From an uncultured archaeon (GTDB lineage: Archaea; Nanobdellota; Nanobdellia; Woesearchaeales; CAIVOO01): a stretch of DNA of 64,000 bases. Shown one piece after another: positions 63,626 to 64,000 of the stretch; the stretch's first letter is position 1; every line of letters begins with the position of its first letter. Where the stretch lies: assembly GCA_963845175.1 (NCBI GenBank), contig CAWJRI010000012.1, positions 13,928 to 77,927 on the forward strand, in the 5' to 3' direction. The notes under the pieces are model-generated. The model had not been told where the DNA came from. It did not search any database and saw nothing but the letters and a program-made list of their open reading frames with translations. A program made the translations under genes and the position numbers.

Positions 63626-64000
63626 ATGATGAATAGTACGCTTGAACAAGACGCTGAAAGATTTTATAGAGAATTTAGAAATAAACTAAACACAGTATTT
63701 CTCTATATGTTGAATAACTGCAATTTTGAATGTAAACATTGCTACATGGGAGAAAAAATAAATTTTGATAGATTGTCATTTAATGAAATAAAATCAATTC
63801 TTACTCAAACATTTGAACTTGGTGCCAAACATATTATATTTCTGGGTGGAGAACCCACCTTGCACCCAGATATTTTGAAAGCGATTAGATTTGCAAAGAA
63901 AATAGGATTTAACAAAATTTGCGTTGATACAAATGGAAGTTTTCCGATAAAATTTTTGGATGATTCCAACTTCAAGTTGATTGATGTGTTATCTTTCAGT
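63626..64000 (+). CDS. Radical SAM enzyme, N-terminal part (gene runs off the window end)
   Basis: CNFECKHC (Cx3Cx2C) and IIFLGGEPTL (GGE motif). Confidence 0.8.
   Translation, partial: MMNSTLEQDAERFYREFRNKLNTVFLYMLNNCNFECKHCYMGEKINFDRLSFNEIKSILTQTFELGAKHIIFLGGEPTLHPDILKAIRFAKKIGFNKICVDTNGSFPIKFLDDSNFKLIDVLSFS

Overview
This window looks archaeal. Nop5, fibrillarin, RFC large subunit, Orc1/Cdc6, RtcB, an archaeal-type GlyRS and an intron-containing tRNA are all present. Gene packing is very tight, with many 4-8 nt overlaps and Shine-Dalgarno-like GGAGGTG motifs. By eye the GC content is moderate over most of the window. I infer a small-genome, DPANN-like archaeon. The left third (1-21.9 kb) is an accessory cell-surface island made of two divergent gene sets. 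On the minus strand are a tandemly duplicated adhesin plus partner-gene cassette, several small beta-sandwich secreted or anchored proteins, and a 199-aa putative fibre subunit. On the plus strand is a 14.3-kb gene for a 4,768-aa LamG / beta-helix surface protein. Between the two sets lies an unusual control region: five phased TATA-box plus perfect-palindrome modules, followed by a perfectly duplicated 59-aa HTH gene. The remaining 42 kb is mostly housekeeping: pyrG, secFD, nop5-flpA, cysS, valS, rfcL, glyS, serS, aspS-gatCAB, rtcB, tsaC, cdc6 and mre11. Notable items are interspersed there. They include a divergent type IV pilus/archaellum-like ATPase plus membrane-platform locus next to three paralogous small membrane proteins, a tRNA-Phe with a D-loop intron, a full-length bacterial-type RelA/SpoT homolog, a bacterial-type AspRS, and an AT-rich segment at the right end with a possible integrase fragment and a radical SAM gene. 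All functional calls come from motif recognition in the supplied translations. No database search was run.
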